DNA of 64,000 nucleotides from an uncultured Bacteroidales bacterium (lineage in GTDB: Bacteria > Bacteroidota > Bacteroidia > Bacteroidales > UBA1402), in the NCBI GenBank assembly GCA_942493385.1, contig OW818699.1, forward strand, positions 658,507 through 722,506, read 5' to 3'. This document shows positions 27,838-36,597 of the stretch, piece by piece; position 1 is the stretch's first letter; the number at the start of each line of letters is the position of its first letter. The notes beneath the pieces are model-generated. The model saw only the letters and a list, made by a program, of their open reading frames with translations. It did no database searches and was not told where the DNA came from. The position numbers and the translations under genes were made by a program.

Positions 27838-27968
27838 GACCTCATCTTTAAATTGAATTTGAATTCAAAAGTCATCATTTTATTTTTCGTTGAAAAATGA
27901 AATCGTTGATTTGGCTTAAATATCCTTTGAAACAGCTGTAATTGGTTCTAACTGCCCATAAAAGTAAG

Positions 27969-28451
27969 CTAAAATACAGCGAAACCGACACTGGCATAGA
28001 TGCACTCTGGCCAACCTGCCCCAATCCTAAAGACGAAAGGCCCGTTTTGCTGGACATATCTGTATCCAAAATTGGCAACTGGTTGGACCTCAGTTTCATT
28101 GTTAAAATTCATTCGTTGAATATCAAACAAGTACGCTAATCCAAGACCAAACTCAACACGACTGGCGTTCAAGCCATAAATGAAATGCGTGCTGAGCAAT
28201 GCCATTTTCGCTATTCCCACTAGAGACTCATTACCTCCATAACCCAACCGAAGATTGATGGATGATTTGTAGCTTGAAGCGACCTGCCTTTCATAATTGA
28301 GGTCATAGACAATGTTCGGCATCGCTCCAACGGTTCCATAAATGAAATTTTTCTTGCTTTTGACAGAGGAGAAATTGTCGTCAGTGCTTTGGCCAACTGA
28401 AACTACTTGAAAAGCCATGAACAATACGAATGCAACGATACTTTTTTTCAT
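27969..28451 (-). CDS. small outer-membrane beta-barrel-like protein
   Basis: Start at MKKSIVAFVLFMAFQVVSVGQ (28451). Alternating hydrophobic pattern and a C-terminal ...SVGFAVF ending in Phe. Confidence 0.5.
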   Translation of the reverse strand: MKKSIVAFVLFMAFQVVSVGQSTDDNFSSVKSKKNFIYGTVGAMPNIVYDLNYERQVASSYKSSINLRLGYGGNESLVGIAKMALLSTHFIYGLNASRVEFGLGLAYLFDIQRMNFNNETEVQPVANFGYRYVQQNGPFVFRIGAGWPECIYASVGFAVF

Positions 28452-28455
28452 ACGA

Positions 28456-29394
28456 TCAAAATATGACATATTCGTCAATACAAACAAGGTTCTCATACTG
28501 CATTTGCAGCCCTTCGATGTTGAGTTGCAACGATGCTTCAGACATGTACTTTTTCCCTCTTGGGTTTTTAGACATGCTGTTTAAAGCTTTAAAAGCTGCT
28601 TTGAGCTTATAGCGTTCAGGATCAATAAACGCTCCTGTAGCAGCGGTTCTGACATGCCTGATCGAAATCTCAACGCTGTTTTGCTCTGAACTCGCTTTAA
28701 GTTGATATACATTCTCATCATTTTCTGGTTCCTGCCCTTCGGTCACTCCACTGATTAGGCGATATTCCACTTCAGAAAAATGAAATTGCCGGTTACTCCT
28801 AATTACAAAGCATCTTGCCCAATGTTTCTTTTCAGGTGTGATGACAACGCTGTAAGTTACAAGCATGTCCGGAAGCAGTATTCTTCCCCAAAACATTTTT
28901 GAAACAGGCATATTGAACGGCACGATGTCAGAAAAGACATGGTCGATATACACGGGTGATTGCTTTGCTTTCACCAAAATCCCATCCAGTTCTATCTTCC
29001 CCGTTCCTGTCATGAACAATGGCACCGCAAACCACTCAATTCTTTTGTTCTTAAGGGGTATGACAAAATTGTCAAAGGTTTCATAGTTGGAAAAAGGGCT
29101 AATTTTTAGATCGATTTTCAGGTCTTTGAAGTTGGTGTAAATGTTCAGTCCCTCGTTTTCCAAATGCATGTCAAGGTGCTTCCCTTTTAAGTTAAGATTC
29201 TTCCACTCTCCTTTGGCAATCGCAACTTTTACTGATTTTGATTTGGTGATGCTCCCATTGGTGGAATTGTAATAATGAAGGGTGAAATTCCGAATTTTAA
29301 AGAATCCGAATTTCAGTTCTACCAAAATAAAATAAACATAGGTTTCACGGTCTATGTTCAAATCGAAAAAGTACTTTCTAAAATAATACCACAT
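28456..29394 (-). CDS. hypothetical protein (312 aa), no signal peptide seen
   Basis: ORF tightly packed between neighbours (1-nt and 4-nt gaps). I recognise no motif. Confidence 0.5.
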   Translation of the reverse strand: MWYYFRKYFFDLNIDRETYVYFILVELKFGFFKIRNFTLHYYNSTNGSITKSKSVKVAIAKGEWKNLNLKGKHLDMHLENEGLNIYTNFKDLKIDLKISPFSNYETFDNFVIPLKNKRIEWFAVPLFMTGTGKIELDGILVKAKQSPVYIDHVFSDIVPFNMPVSKMFWGRILLPDMLVTYSVVITPEKKHWARCFVIRSNRQFHFSEVEYRLISGVTEGQEPENDENVYQLKASSEQNSVEISIRHVRTAATGAFIDPERYKLKAAFKALNSMSKNPRGKKYMSEASLQLNIEGLQMQYENLVCIDEYVIF

Positions 29395-29395
29395 T

Positions 29396-31045
29396 TTATC
29401 TATTATTTACTAACCTGCTTGTTTTCAGATAGATGGCTGAAGTTATAATATCCTGCCATTGCAGGACAGAACTTTTTTCAAACTGAAGTTGATAGAGTTG
29501 ACCTTTTGAGTGGTAGAGCTGCAATTTATTATTGCTCTCTGTGGTTGCGGAATTAATGTCTGAAAACAGAAAGGAACAAGTTCCCTGATTATTCTGACAA
29601 ACAATGCGGTCTTCTGTCAAACGCAAATGACCCGTAAGTACAGGTTCGAAAACGATGCCATGTTCCATAGACAAGTTGCATATGCCCGACTCGTGCAAAT
29701 CAACTAAGAATTCATTTTTCTCAAGGTTCGCATCTGACTCATAAAATAAGTTGTCGTCGGCTGTAACCCGGATGGATTTATAGTATTCGGCTATTGACAT
29801 TTGTTTTAGGATTTCTTTCTTTTGAAAGCTAATAGACAAGTCATCAGCAATATGTATGGAAAAGCCGCATTTCTGACAAGTCAAATTGTTTTCCTTTGGT
29901 ACAAAAGAATTAAACTCAAAACATTCTGAACATCGGTAAAATACTTTCTCAAGTCCTTCACCTATACCCTTAATTCTGGGGGGGATTTTTTCAGCCTTTT
30001 CGGAATCACCCAACCGTTTAAGGATGCTATTCTCCAATTCCTCCATCGTGAAATCCGAATTCGCAAAGAACGGTTCTTTAATCTCTAGGACTACTTTGTA
30101 CCTTCTGAAACCTTTTGCCCATCGAGGCCAAGCAGCATAATTCCCTTGAATTTTTACCGGTACGATTGGGATATCATTTTTTTTAAGCAACAATTTCAAT
30201 ACCTCTGGTTTGAAATGTTGCGTTTCTCCAGTCCAGGATCGTTCGCCTTCCGGGAAAATGCCTATGACAGCACCTTTATCCAATGCTTCAAGCATTCGTT
30301 TATTTAAGCCGAAATCAGGCTTGAATCGCTTTCTGGGTATATTGCTGAGCAATTTCATCAACTTGATCATAAAAGAAGACCGAAACATTTCGTAGGTAGT
30401 GAGATAAGATATTGGATGTTGAATTGCAAATCCAATTAAAATGGGGTCGGAATAATTTTTGTGTTCGGAAATTACAAAATAGGGCGGCGATAAAGGTATA
30501 CGCTCTTTGTGTCGGATTTGGAAATGGTATAACAGTTTCATTAACAACAGTCCCGGATACCGTAACAATTGATATAAGATAGGAAATACTAGCCCTGTAC
30601 GGTTCTTGTAATAGAGGTAGGCTTTTCCAAACCGTTTGGTGAGTAGCTTTTCTTCGTAGTGGATGTAAAGCCATGTAAGTAACGTGAATGCAGGCAAAAC
30701 AATCAGTAACATCGCTTTAGAGCCTAGAATCAAGGCTATGCCAAAAAAGGAGCTAATGTAGAATAAGTAGATTGGATGGCGCCAATAGTTGTAAACTCCA
30801 CGGCGTAGGATCGTTTTGGGTGGATAGGCCGATACCGGTAGTTCACCACTGTATTTGAAATATTGAACAATTGTAATAAACAGTAATGGGGTTGATAACA
30901 GCAGCACGATGATCCCAGCAACTGGATGTGGTGAAAACCCTGATTCCCAAAGTATTTCAAGACGACTTGAGCCAATTAGGATTAATGCAGGAATAATGCC
31001 CCAGAATACGATAATGTAACTTAATATGGTTGATATTTTCCTCAT
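29396..31045 (-). CDS. fusion protein: ICMT/PEMT-like membrane methyltransferase domain + PlsC-type acyltransferase + CxxC..CxxC zinc-ribbon C-terminal domain
   Basis: N-terminus: GVYNYWRHPIYLFYISSF...YIHYEEKLLTKRFGKAYLYY (ICMT-family signature). Middle: ISEHKNYSDP (HX4D), FPEGERS, IPIVPV. C-terminus: YRCSECFEF...LTCQKCGF. Confidence 0.75.
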   Translation of the reverse strand: MRKISTILSYIIVFWGIIPALILIGSSRLEILWESGFSPHPVAGIIVLLLSTPLLFITIVQYFKYSGELPVSAYPPKTILRRGVYNYWRHPIYLFYISSFFGIALILGSKAMLLIVLPAFTLLTWLYIHYEEKLLTKRFGKAYLYYKNRTGLVFPILYQLLRYPGLLLMKLLYHFQIRHKERIPLSPPYFVISEHKNYSDPILIGFAIQHPISYLTTYEMFRSSFMIKLMKLLSNIPRKRFKPDFGLNKRMLEALDKGAVIGIFPEGERSWTGETQHFKPEVLKLLLKKNDIPIVPVKIQGNYAAWPRWAKGFRRYKVVLEIKEPFFANSDFTMEELENSILKRLGDSEKAEKIPPRIKGIGEGLEKVFYRCSECFEFNSFVPKENNLTCQKCGFSIHIADDLSISFQKKEILKQMSIAEYYKSIRVTADDNLFYESDANLEKNEFLVDLHESGICNLSMEHGIVFEPVLTGHLRLTEDRIVCQNNQGTCSFLFSDINSATTESNNKLQLYHSKGQLYQLQFEKSSVLQWQDIITSAIYLKTSRLVNNR

Positions 31046-31126
31046 ACTATTAAGTTTAATAGTCGAATATACAACGGAAAATAAAGTTTACGATAGTATG
31101 AACAACAAAATTTGATAAAAAATGAA

Positions 31127-31160
31127 AAACCCTAATCGATTCGAAAATCAATTAGGGTTT
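31127..31160 (-). terminator. intrinsic terminator downstream of tRNA-Leu
   Basis: Long hairpin AAACCCTAAT..ATTAGGGTTT, followed on the minus strand by TTCATTTTTTATC. Confidence 0.6.
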
Positions 31161-31168
31161 AACTTTGT

Positions 31169-31255
31169 TGGTACCCAGACCCGGGATCGAACCGGGATGG
31201 AAGTGAATCCACTGGTGTTTGAGACCAGCGCGTCTACCAATTCCGCCATCTGGGC
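31169..31255 (-). tRNA. tRNA-Leu (anticodon CAA)
   Basis: The reverse complement reads GCCCAGATGGCGGAATTGGTAGACGCGCTGGTCTCAAACACCAG...GGTTCGATCCCGGGTCTGGGTACCA. It has the anticodon loop CTCAAAC, a long variable arm, a T-loop GGTTCGATCC and an encoded CCA. Confidence 0.9.
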
Positions 31256-31267
31256 GAACAGCGGGTG

Positions 31268-31275
31268 CAAAAGTA
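31268..31275 (-). promoter_or_regulatory. candidate -7 box (TACTTTTG) for tRNA-Leu
   Basis: TAnnTTTG match ending 13 nt upstream of the mature tRNA 5' end. Confidence 0.45.
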
Positions 31276-31369
31276 CAATCTTTTTTGGAATTTGCAAGGC
31301 GGAGGGAGTGATTTTGTTTTGTTTTACAGCTTTTAACCGATGGAAATTGGCTGGATAGGTTTTTTGGGT

Positions 31370-31377
31370 TACTTTTG
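31370..31377 (+). promoter_or_regulatory. candidate -7 box (TACTTTTG)
   Basis: TAnnTTTG match about 35 nt upstream of ATG 31412. Confidence 0.45.
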
Positions 31378-31411
31378 CTCCACTTCAAATTAAAGCAAAC
31401 CAAAATATAGC

Positions 31412-32074
31412 ATGAAGAAACTTACATTCCTGGTCGTTTTGATCGCGTTGACCATCGGAGTCCCACAAGCGCAAGTACGTTTTGGTGTCAAGACGGGAGC
31501 AAATGCCTCCATGCTTTTCAACATTTCGTCAGTGGTGAATGACCATTCGCCTGCAGCCAATTTTCAGATTGGTGGAATCATGCAATATGATTTTTGGATT
31601 TTCACCCTGCAACCGGAATTGAATATGGTACGAAAAACGGTCAAACTCAATAATGCGTACGACAAATACTACCTGCAGCAATACGCAGAATTGACGGCGG
31701 ATGCACCAGCGTTGGATTATAAGTCTACCCATATTGAACTGCCCATCAATTTGATGTACAAGGTGAACGTTGGAAAGACCAAGATTTTTGCCGAAATGGG
31801 CCCGTTTGTTTCATTCAATTTGGGAGGTTCCTTCAATGATGACGGTGATTATTATCGAAACTATGCGAAACACATGCCTTTCCATTGGATTGATTACGGT
31901 GCTGGTGCAGGTCTTGGATTGGAATACAAGAAATTCCAGCTGAACGCAAAATGGAATTGGAACTTCAATTGGATTGGTTCGAAAGTGCCAAACATCAACG
32001 GCACAGGCAACATCAACGTTTTCAACGATATGAAATACATGAACCTCAGCCTGTCGGTGGGTTACTTTTTCTAA
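31412..32074 (+). CDS. outer-membrane beta-barrel protein (porin-family, OMP_b-brl_2-like)
   Basis: Signal peptide, N-terminal FGVKTGANAS motif and C-terminal LSLSVGYFF. Confidence 0.75.
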   Translation: MKKLTFLVVLIALTIGVPQAQVRFGVKTGANASMLFNISSVVNDHSPAANFQIGGIMQYDFWIFTLQPELNMVRKTVKLNNAYDKYYLQQYAELTADAPALDYKSTHIELPINLMYKVNVGKTKIFAEMGPFVSFNLGGSFNDDGDYYRNYAKHMPFHWIDYGAGAGLGLEYKKFQLNAKWNWNFNWIGSKVPNINGTGNINVFNDMKYMNLSLSVGYFF

Positions 32075-32088
32075 ACGCTTCCAACCGT

Positions 32089-32760
32089 ATGAAAAAACTG
32101 ATTGTCATTTTGTTGCTATTCAGCGTGGCTTTGGCCTCCAACGCTCAATTTCGTTATGGCATCAAGGCTGGTGCCAATTATTCAGACCTGTCCGTTGCAG
32201 CTGCTGGAGCGTCTTCGGCGACTATGATCAAAGTGGTCGATGCCATTCCTTCTTGGAGAGCTGGTATCATGGCACAGTACCAACTGGGTGACTTCGCTAT
32301 TCAATCGGAGCTGATGTACAGTGTGGAAGGTGGCGATTTGCTGAACTCCAATCCGGGCAGTGCCAAACTCACAACGATGGTGGGTTCAGGTGCAACAGTC
32401 GCCTATCGAAGCCAGAACCTGGTGATACCCCTAAATTTTCAATACGGTCGAGATCTCGGACCTGTCCATTTGTATGCTTTGGCAGGCCCGTATGTCAGCT
32501 TTTTGCTGAATGGTACACTGAATGGTGAGAAAAGTTTTTGGACGGCCGTTCAGGACGAGTGGGGATTCAATAAAGTGGACTTGGGTTTTGGAGCAGGTAT
32601 TGGTGCAGAACTTAAAAACCTGCAATTGACGCTCCGTTACGATTTCGGTGGTACCGAAATTGGAAAGAAAGCAACCAATTCCCATGTAACGACCAATCTG
32701 AATCCGTTTTTTGATATGAAGGGAAGAAATTTAAGCGTATCGCTTGGGTATTTTTTCTAA
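32089..32760 (+). CDS. outer-membrane beta-barrel protein, paralog of the upstream gene
   Basis: Start at MKKLIVILLLFSVALASNAQ (32089). YGIKAGANYS motif and C-terminal LSVSLGYFF. Confidence 0.75.
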   Translation: MKKLIVILLLFSVALASNAQFRYGIKAGANYSDLSVAAAGASSATMIKVVDAIPSWRAGIMAQYQLGDFAIQSELMYSVEGGDLLNSNPGSAKLTTMVGSGATVAYRSQNLVIPLNFQYGRDLGPVHLYALAGPYVSFLLNGTLNGEKSFWTAVQDEWGFNKVDLGFGAGIGAELKNLQLTLRYDFGGTEIGKKATNSHVTTNLNPFFDMKGRNLSVSLGYFF

Positions 32761-32780
32761 TTCAATCATACGATATGGAA

Positions 32781-32810
32781 AACCGGAAGTAGCTGCTTCC
32801 GGTTTTTTTA
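32781..32810. terminator. bidirectional intrinsic terminator
   Basis: AACCGGAAG / CTTCCGGTT stem followed by a T-run. It lies between convergent genes. Confidence 0.65.
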
Positions 32811-33464
32811 TGCCAATAGGGAAAGCAACTCCAACGGTTTGTCGATGATGGTTTTAGCGCCGTTTTCCAGCAATTCATCTTTGGTACGGAAACCCCAAGT
32901 GACGCCTACTGGGTACATGCCTGCGGCAATAGCGGTTTGCATGTCGGTGCTGGTGTCGCCAATGTACAGAAAATCAGAGGGCCCGATTTGTAGGGCTTCG
33001 CACAGCATCAATGCGCCAGTGGGGTCCGGCTTGCGGGGAACATCGCCACCAGAGCCGAGCACGACTTCGAAAGGCCATTGTTTCAAGAGTTCAGCCGCTA
33101 TTTTCTTGGTGAAATTGTCGGCTTTGTTGGAGAGGATTGTCAGCTTTATCCCTTTGGAAACCAACGCATCGAGCAATTCGGGTATCCCTCGGTATAAGAC
33201 GGTTGTTTGTAGCAGGTTCACTTCGTAATCGCGAAGCAGTTCCTGATACAGGTTTCGCATGTTTTGTTCGGTCTTCTCCGACTCGGGTAGGGTTCGGCCA
33301 ACCAAATTGTACAAACCGCGGCCGACGAAGTAACGGTATGCATCGTAATCGTGTGTCTGATAGCCTTTTTTCTCCAGAACACGGTTCATGGAGTCCGCGA
33401 TGTCGTGCAAGGAATTGATGAGGGTGCCGTCCAGATCGAAAAGGACCGCCTTATAGGAGTGCAT
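32808..33464 (-). CDS. HAD-superfamily phosphatase (phosphoglycolate phosphatase-like)
   Basis: Start at MHSYKAVLFDLDGTLINS (DxDGT motif). SNK and GDTSTD motifs. Confidence 0.85.
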   Translation of the reverse strand: MHSYKAVLFDLDGTLINSLHDIADSMNRVLEKKGYQTHDYDAYRYFVGRGLYNLVGRTLPESEKTEQNMRNLYQELLRDYEVNLLQTTVLYRGIPELLDALVSKGIKLTILSNKADNFTKKIAAELLKQWPFEVVLGSGGDVPRKPDPTGALMLCEALQIGPSDFLYIGDTSTDMQTAIAAGMYPVGVTWGFRTKDELLENGAKTIIDKPLELLSLLA

Positions 33465-33504
33465 GTTGGCGTTCTTGGTTTTATTAAAAATCGGTAATTG
33501 GGCG

Positions 33505-33512
33505 CAAAGGTA
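33505..33512 (-). promoter_or_regulatory. candidate -7 box (TACCTTTG)
   Basis: TAnnTTTG match 41 nt upstream of ATG 33464. Confidence 0.4.
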
Positions 33513-33547
33513 GGACATTTTTGTTTGGCTGAGTGGGCATTTTCCCG

Positions 33548-33555
33548 TAAATTTG
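33548..33555 (+). promoter_or_regulatory. candidate -7 box (TAAATTTG)
   Basis: TAnnTTTG match 51 nt upstream of ATG 33606. Confidence 0.4.
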
Positions 33556-33605
33556 TGAAACATTTCCTACTGCAACGATCCTTAAACAAACCATATTCCA
33601 GAAAG

Positions 33606-34397
33606 ATGAACAAGATTGTGCGAAAAATTGATTTTTCGGATTTGGTGGTCCGATTTGACATCGAGGCCCCCAAAATCGCGAAAGCCCGTAAAGCCGGCCA
33701 TTTTGTGATGGTCCGTGTCTCCGAGAAGGGTGAACGGATACCATTGACAATTGCTGAGGCTGATGTTGAAAAAGGTACCATCACACTGGTGATCCAAAGG
33801 GTGGGAGCTTCTTCGCGGAAATTGTGCGCACTCAACGAAGGTGATTTCATTCTGGATGTGGTAGGTCCGTTGGGCAAAGCAACGCATGTTGAGAACTTTG
33901 GAACGGTGGTTTGTGCCGGTGGTGGTGTGGGTGTTGCTCCGCTGCTTCCCATCGTACAGGCCATGAAAGCTGCAGGAAACCGCGTCATCACTGTTTTGGC
34001 CGCCCGTACCAAAGACCTTATCATTTTGGAAGAGGAAATGAGAGCAAGTTCGGACGAAGTGATTCTAATGACGGATGACGGATCTTCTGGCAGGCAGGGT
34101 TTAGTGACCAACGGCATCGAAGAAGTGATTCAGCGTGAAAAGGTTGACCTATGTGTGACCATCGGTCCTGCCATCATGATGAAATTCGTTTCCATTTTGA
34201 CTAAAAAATACGAAGTGCCAACGATGGCCTCCTTGAACACCATCATGGTGGACGGAACCGGAATGTGCGGAGCCTGCCGCGTAACGGTGGGTGGCAAAAC
34301 AAAATTTGTCTGTGTGGACGGTCCCGAATTCGACGCCCATCAGGTGGATTTTGATGAGATGATTCAGCGCCTCCGGGCTTATAAAGATGTCGAATAA
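33606..34397 (+). CDS. nfnA: PyrK-like FAD/NAD(P)-binding [2Fe-2S] subunit (NfnA/SudB-like)
   Basis: Start at MNKIVRKIDFS. RIPLTIA FAD motif, GGGVGVAP nucleotide motif and a C-terminal GMCGACRV..C cluster. Confidence 0.7.
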   Translation: MNKIVRKIDFSDLVVRFDIEAPKIAKARKAGHFVMVRVSEKGERIPLTIAEADVEKGTITLVIQRVGASSRKLCALNEGDFILDVVGPLGKATHVENFGTVVCAGGGVGVAPLLPIVQAMKAAGNRVITVLAARTKDLIILEEEMRASSDEVILMTDDGSSGRQGLVTNGIEEVIQREKVDLCVTIGPAIMMKFVSILTKKYEVPTMASLNTIMVDGTGMCGACRVTVGGKTKFVCVDGPEFDAHQVDFDEMIQRLRAYKDVE

Positions 34398-34414
34398 GAT
34401 TAAACCGAACGATA

Positions 34415-35872
34415 ATGTCAACATTTGAAGAAAGCCGCAAACTGCCCTGGCGTGAAGCGTTGCGCAAAAGCATGAAAGCCAAGGAACGCACCGACCTGCC
34501 TCGTGTCCACATGAACGAACAGGATGCCGAAGTCCGCAGCCACAACAACATCGAAGTCAATCTTGGATTGAGAGCTGAACAAGCCATGGTGGAAGCCAAG
34601 CGTTGTCTGGACTGTGCCAACCCGACTTGCACGACAGGTTGCCCGGTAAGCATCGACATCCCTGGATTCATCAAAAATATCGAACGGGGCGAATTTCTGG
34701 AAGCTGCTATCAAATTGAAAGAAACCTCGGCCTTGCCAGCAGTATGCGGACGTGTTTGCCCGCAGGAAAAGCAATGCGAGGAACAGTGTTTCTATACGCT
34801 GAAATTAAATAAGGACGCCGTTGCCATCGGTCACCTGGAACGTTTCGCCGCCGATTTCGAGCGTGAGAGCGGACAGATTTCCATTCCGGCTTGTGCACCA
34901 TCCAACGGTCGAAAAGTGGCAGTCGTGGGTTCAGGCCCTGCCGGCTTGTCTTTCGCAGGTGATATGGCCAAACTTGGTTACAAAGTCATGGTTTTTGAAG
35001 CCCTGCACGAAATTGGCGGAGTGCTTAAATATGGTATTCCAGAATTCCGCCTTCCCAACACCATTGTGGATGTGGAAATCGAGAACTTGAAACAAATGGG
35101 TGTGGAATTCATTCTGGACTGTGTGGTCGGTAAGACGATGACTTTCGAAGACTTGACCGAAGAGGACTATGAAGGAGTCTTCGTAGCCAGCGGTGCCGGT
35201 CTGCCCAATTTTATGAACATACCGGGCGAAAACCTCATCAACGTCCTGTCCTCCAACGAATACCTTACCCGCGTCAACTTGATGGATGCAGCCAATCCTG
35301 AATCGGATACGCCTGTGCCATTTGGTAAAAACATCGCCATCATTGGTGGTGGAAATACAGCCATGGACTCTGTTCGTACTGCCAAACGTTTGGGTGCAGA
35401 TCGCGCCATGATCGTGTATCGCCGTTCCGAAGAAGAAATGCCTGCCCGTCTGGAGGAAGTGAAGCATGCCAAGGAAGAAGGCATCGAATTCATGACCCTG
35501 CACAATCCCATCGAATACATCGGTGATGAACGTGGTTTCCTCAAGCAAATGCGTCTCCAAAAAATGACCCTGGGCGAACCGGATGCTTCCGGCCGTCGCA
35601 AACCGGTAGAGATACCAGGCGCGGTCGAACTGGTCGATGTGGACATCGTCGTAGTGAGCATCGGTGTTTCTCCGAATCCGCTGGTTCCAAGCTCTGTAAG
35701 CGGACTGGACGTAAGCCGATGGGGCACCATCGTGGTCAATGATGGCATGCAGTCGTCCATCCCGACCATTTTTGCAGGTGGCGACATCGTACGTGGAGGT
35801 GCCACGGTGATTTTGGCAATGGGTGACGGCAGGAAGGCTGCTGCTTCCATGCATGAATTCCTCAATAAATAA
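34415..35872 (+). CDS. nfnB: GltD-like NADPH oxidoreductase subunit with two N-terminal [4Fe-4S] motifs (NfnB/SudA-like; often annotated glutamate synthase small chain)
   Basis: CLDCANPTCTTGCP and CGRVCPQEKQCEEQC motifs. VAVVGSGPAGL and IIGGGNTAMD dinucleotide folds. Confidence 0.75.
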   Translation: MSTFEESRKLPWREALRKSMKAKERTDLPRVHMNEQDAEVRSHNNIEVNLGLRAEQAMVEAKRCLDCANPTCTTGCPVSIDIPGFIKNIERGEFLEAAIKLKETSALPAVCGRVCPQEKQCEEQCFYTLKLNKDAVAIGHLERFAADFERESGQISIPACAPSNGRKVAVVGSGPAGLSFAGDMAKLGYKVMVFEALHEIGGVLKYGIPEFRLPNTIVDVEIENLKQMGVEFILDCVVGKTMTFEDLTEEDYEGVFVASGAGLPNFMNIPGENLINVLSSNEYLTRVNLMDAANPESDTPVPFGKNIAIIGGGNTAMDSVRTAKRLGADRAMIVYRRSEEEMPARLEEVKHAKEEGIEFMTLHNPIEYIGDERGFLKQMRLQKMTLGEPDASGRRKPVEIPGAVELVDVDIVVVSIGVSPNPLVPSSVSGLDVSRWGTIVVNDGMQSSIPTIFAGGDIVRGGATVILAMGDGRKAAASMHEFLNK

Positions 35873-35892
35873 TTGCTTTCCAAGACTTTTCG

Positions 35893-36555
35893 ATGAAGAA
35901 ACTTCTAGCCGCCCTCCTGCTGATGCTGTGCAGCCTCAATGGCTTTGCCCAGTTTACCATCAACGGTGCAGATGATTATCTGAGGCAAAAGGCAGAGGCT
36001 ACCGAGAAACTCCGCATTCAGGACAGTCTGCGACAGGTTCAGCTTGAATACCAGCAATTGATGTCAACGGATATCCGTTACCGAATCAAGTGGGTGAATA
36101 TGATTACGTATCGCCAGTCCATCGGTTACATCGAAAACACCTACAACTTGTCTTACTACGGTTACATGGTGACCAAGGACGATTGGACTTTCCCCATCAG
36201 TTTGCGATTGACCGGGGCCCAAAAATACAATGAACGTAACATGACTTCAGGCTTTTCTAGTTGGTCGCAGCATTTGACGGATTTTGGGATGTCCGGATTT
36301 AGAAGGATCAAGGGCAATGAATATGTTTCACTTGGATTGCATCTTCCAATTGGATACGAAAAATACAGATTGATCGGTTCCACCGACAAGCATGTTCGAT
36401 TGTTGATCGGTACCAGCGTGGAAGAGCGGTTGATGTACATCTCGCCCAACAAGTCGGGTTTGGTCATGAGTGTTGGATTCTATCAACTCTTAATGAGTTC
36501 GAAGAGATACACCGTTGATGCCGGTTTTTCCCTCGAGGTTGGCGTGAAATTTTAA
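35893..36555 (+). CDS. hypothetical outer-membrane protein
   Basis: Signal peptide MKKLLAALLLMLCSLNGFAQ. C-terminal SLEVGVKF ending in Phe. Confidence 0.5.
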   Translation: MKKLLAALLLMLCSLNGFAQFTINGADDYLRQKAEATEKLRIQDSLRQVQLEYQQLMSTDIRYRIKWVNMITYRQSIGYIENTYNLSYYGYMVTKDDWTFPISLRLTGAQKYNERNMTSGFSSWSQHLTDFGMSGFRRIKGNEYVSLGLHLPIGYEKYRLIGSTDKHVRLLIGTSVEERLMYISPNKSGLVMSVGFYQLLMSSKRYTVDAGFSLEVGVKF

Positions 36556-36596
36556 GCATCAAAAAAGCCCGCATTTCAACGGGCTTTTTTGATGCT
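36556..36596. terminator. bidirectional intrinsic terminator
   Basis: Palindrome GCATCAAAAAAGCCCG..CGGGCTTTTTTGATGC between convergent genes. Confidence 0.8.
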
Positions 36597-36597
36597 T

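Noticed and set aside
27858-27869. Palindrome TTTGAATTCAAA and a TTGAAT direct repeat upstream of the LytS-like kinase gene, possibly a LytTR autoregulatory site.
   Set aside because: It is short, A/T-rich and easily arises by chance in intergenic DNA. It does not resemble the spaced 9-bp direct repeats typical of LytTR sites.
31122-31403. ORFs 31122..31358(+) and 31152..31403(-) spanning the tRNA region.
   Set aside because: They overlap a clear tRNA-Leu with its promoter box and terminator. They have no coding features.
33386-34117. Long antisense ORFs opposite well-supported genes, e.g. 33386..34117(-), 34931..35854(-), 35167..35883(-), 41325..41963(-), 45313..46560(-), 51612..52223(-), 54506..55204(-) and 6658..7320(+).
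   Set aside because: Each lies fully inside a gene with strong family motifs on the other strand. Their translations are low-complexity or compositionally odd with no motifs. They look like shadow ORFs.
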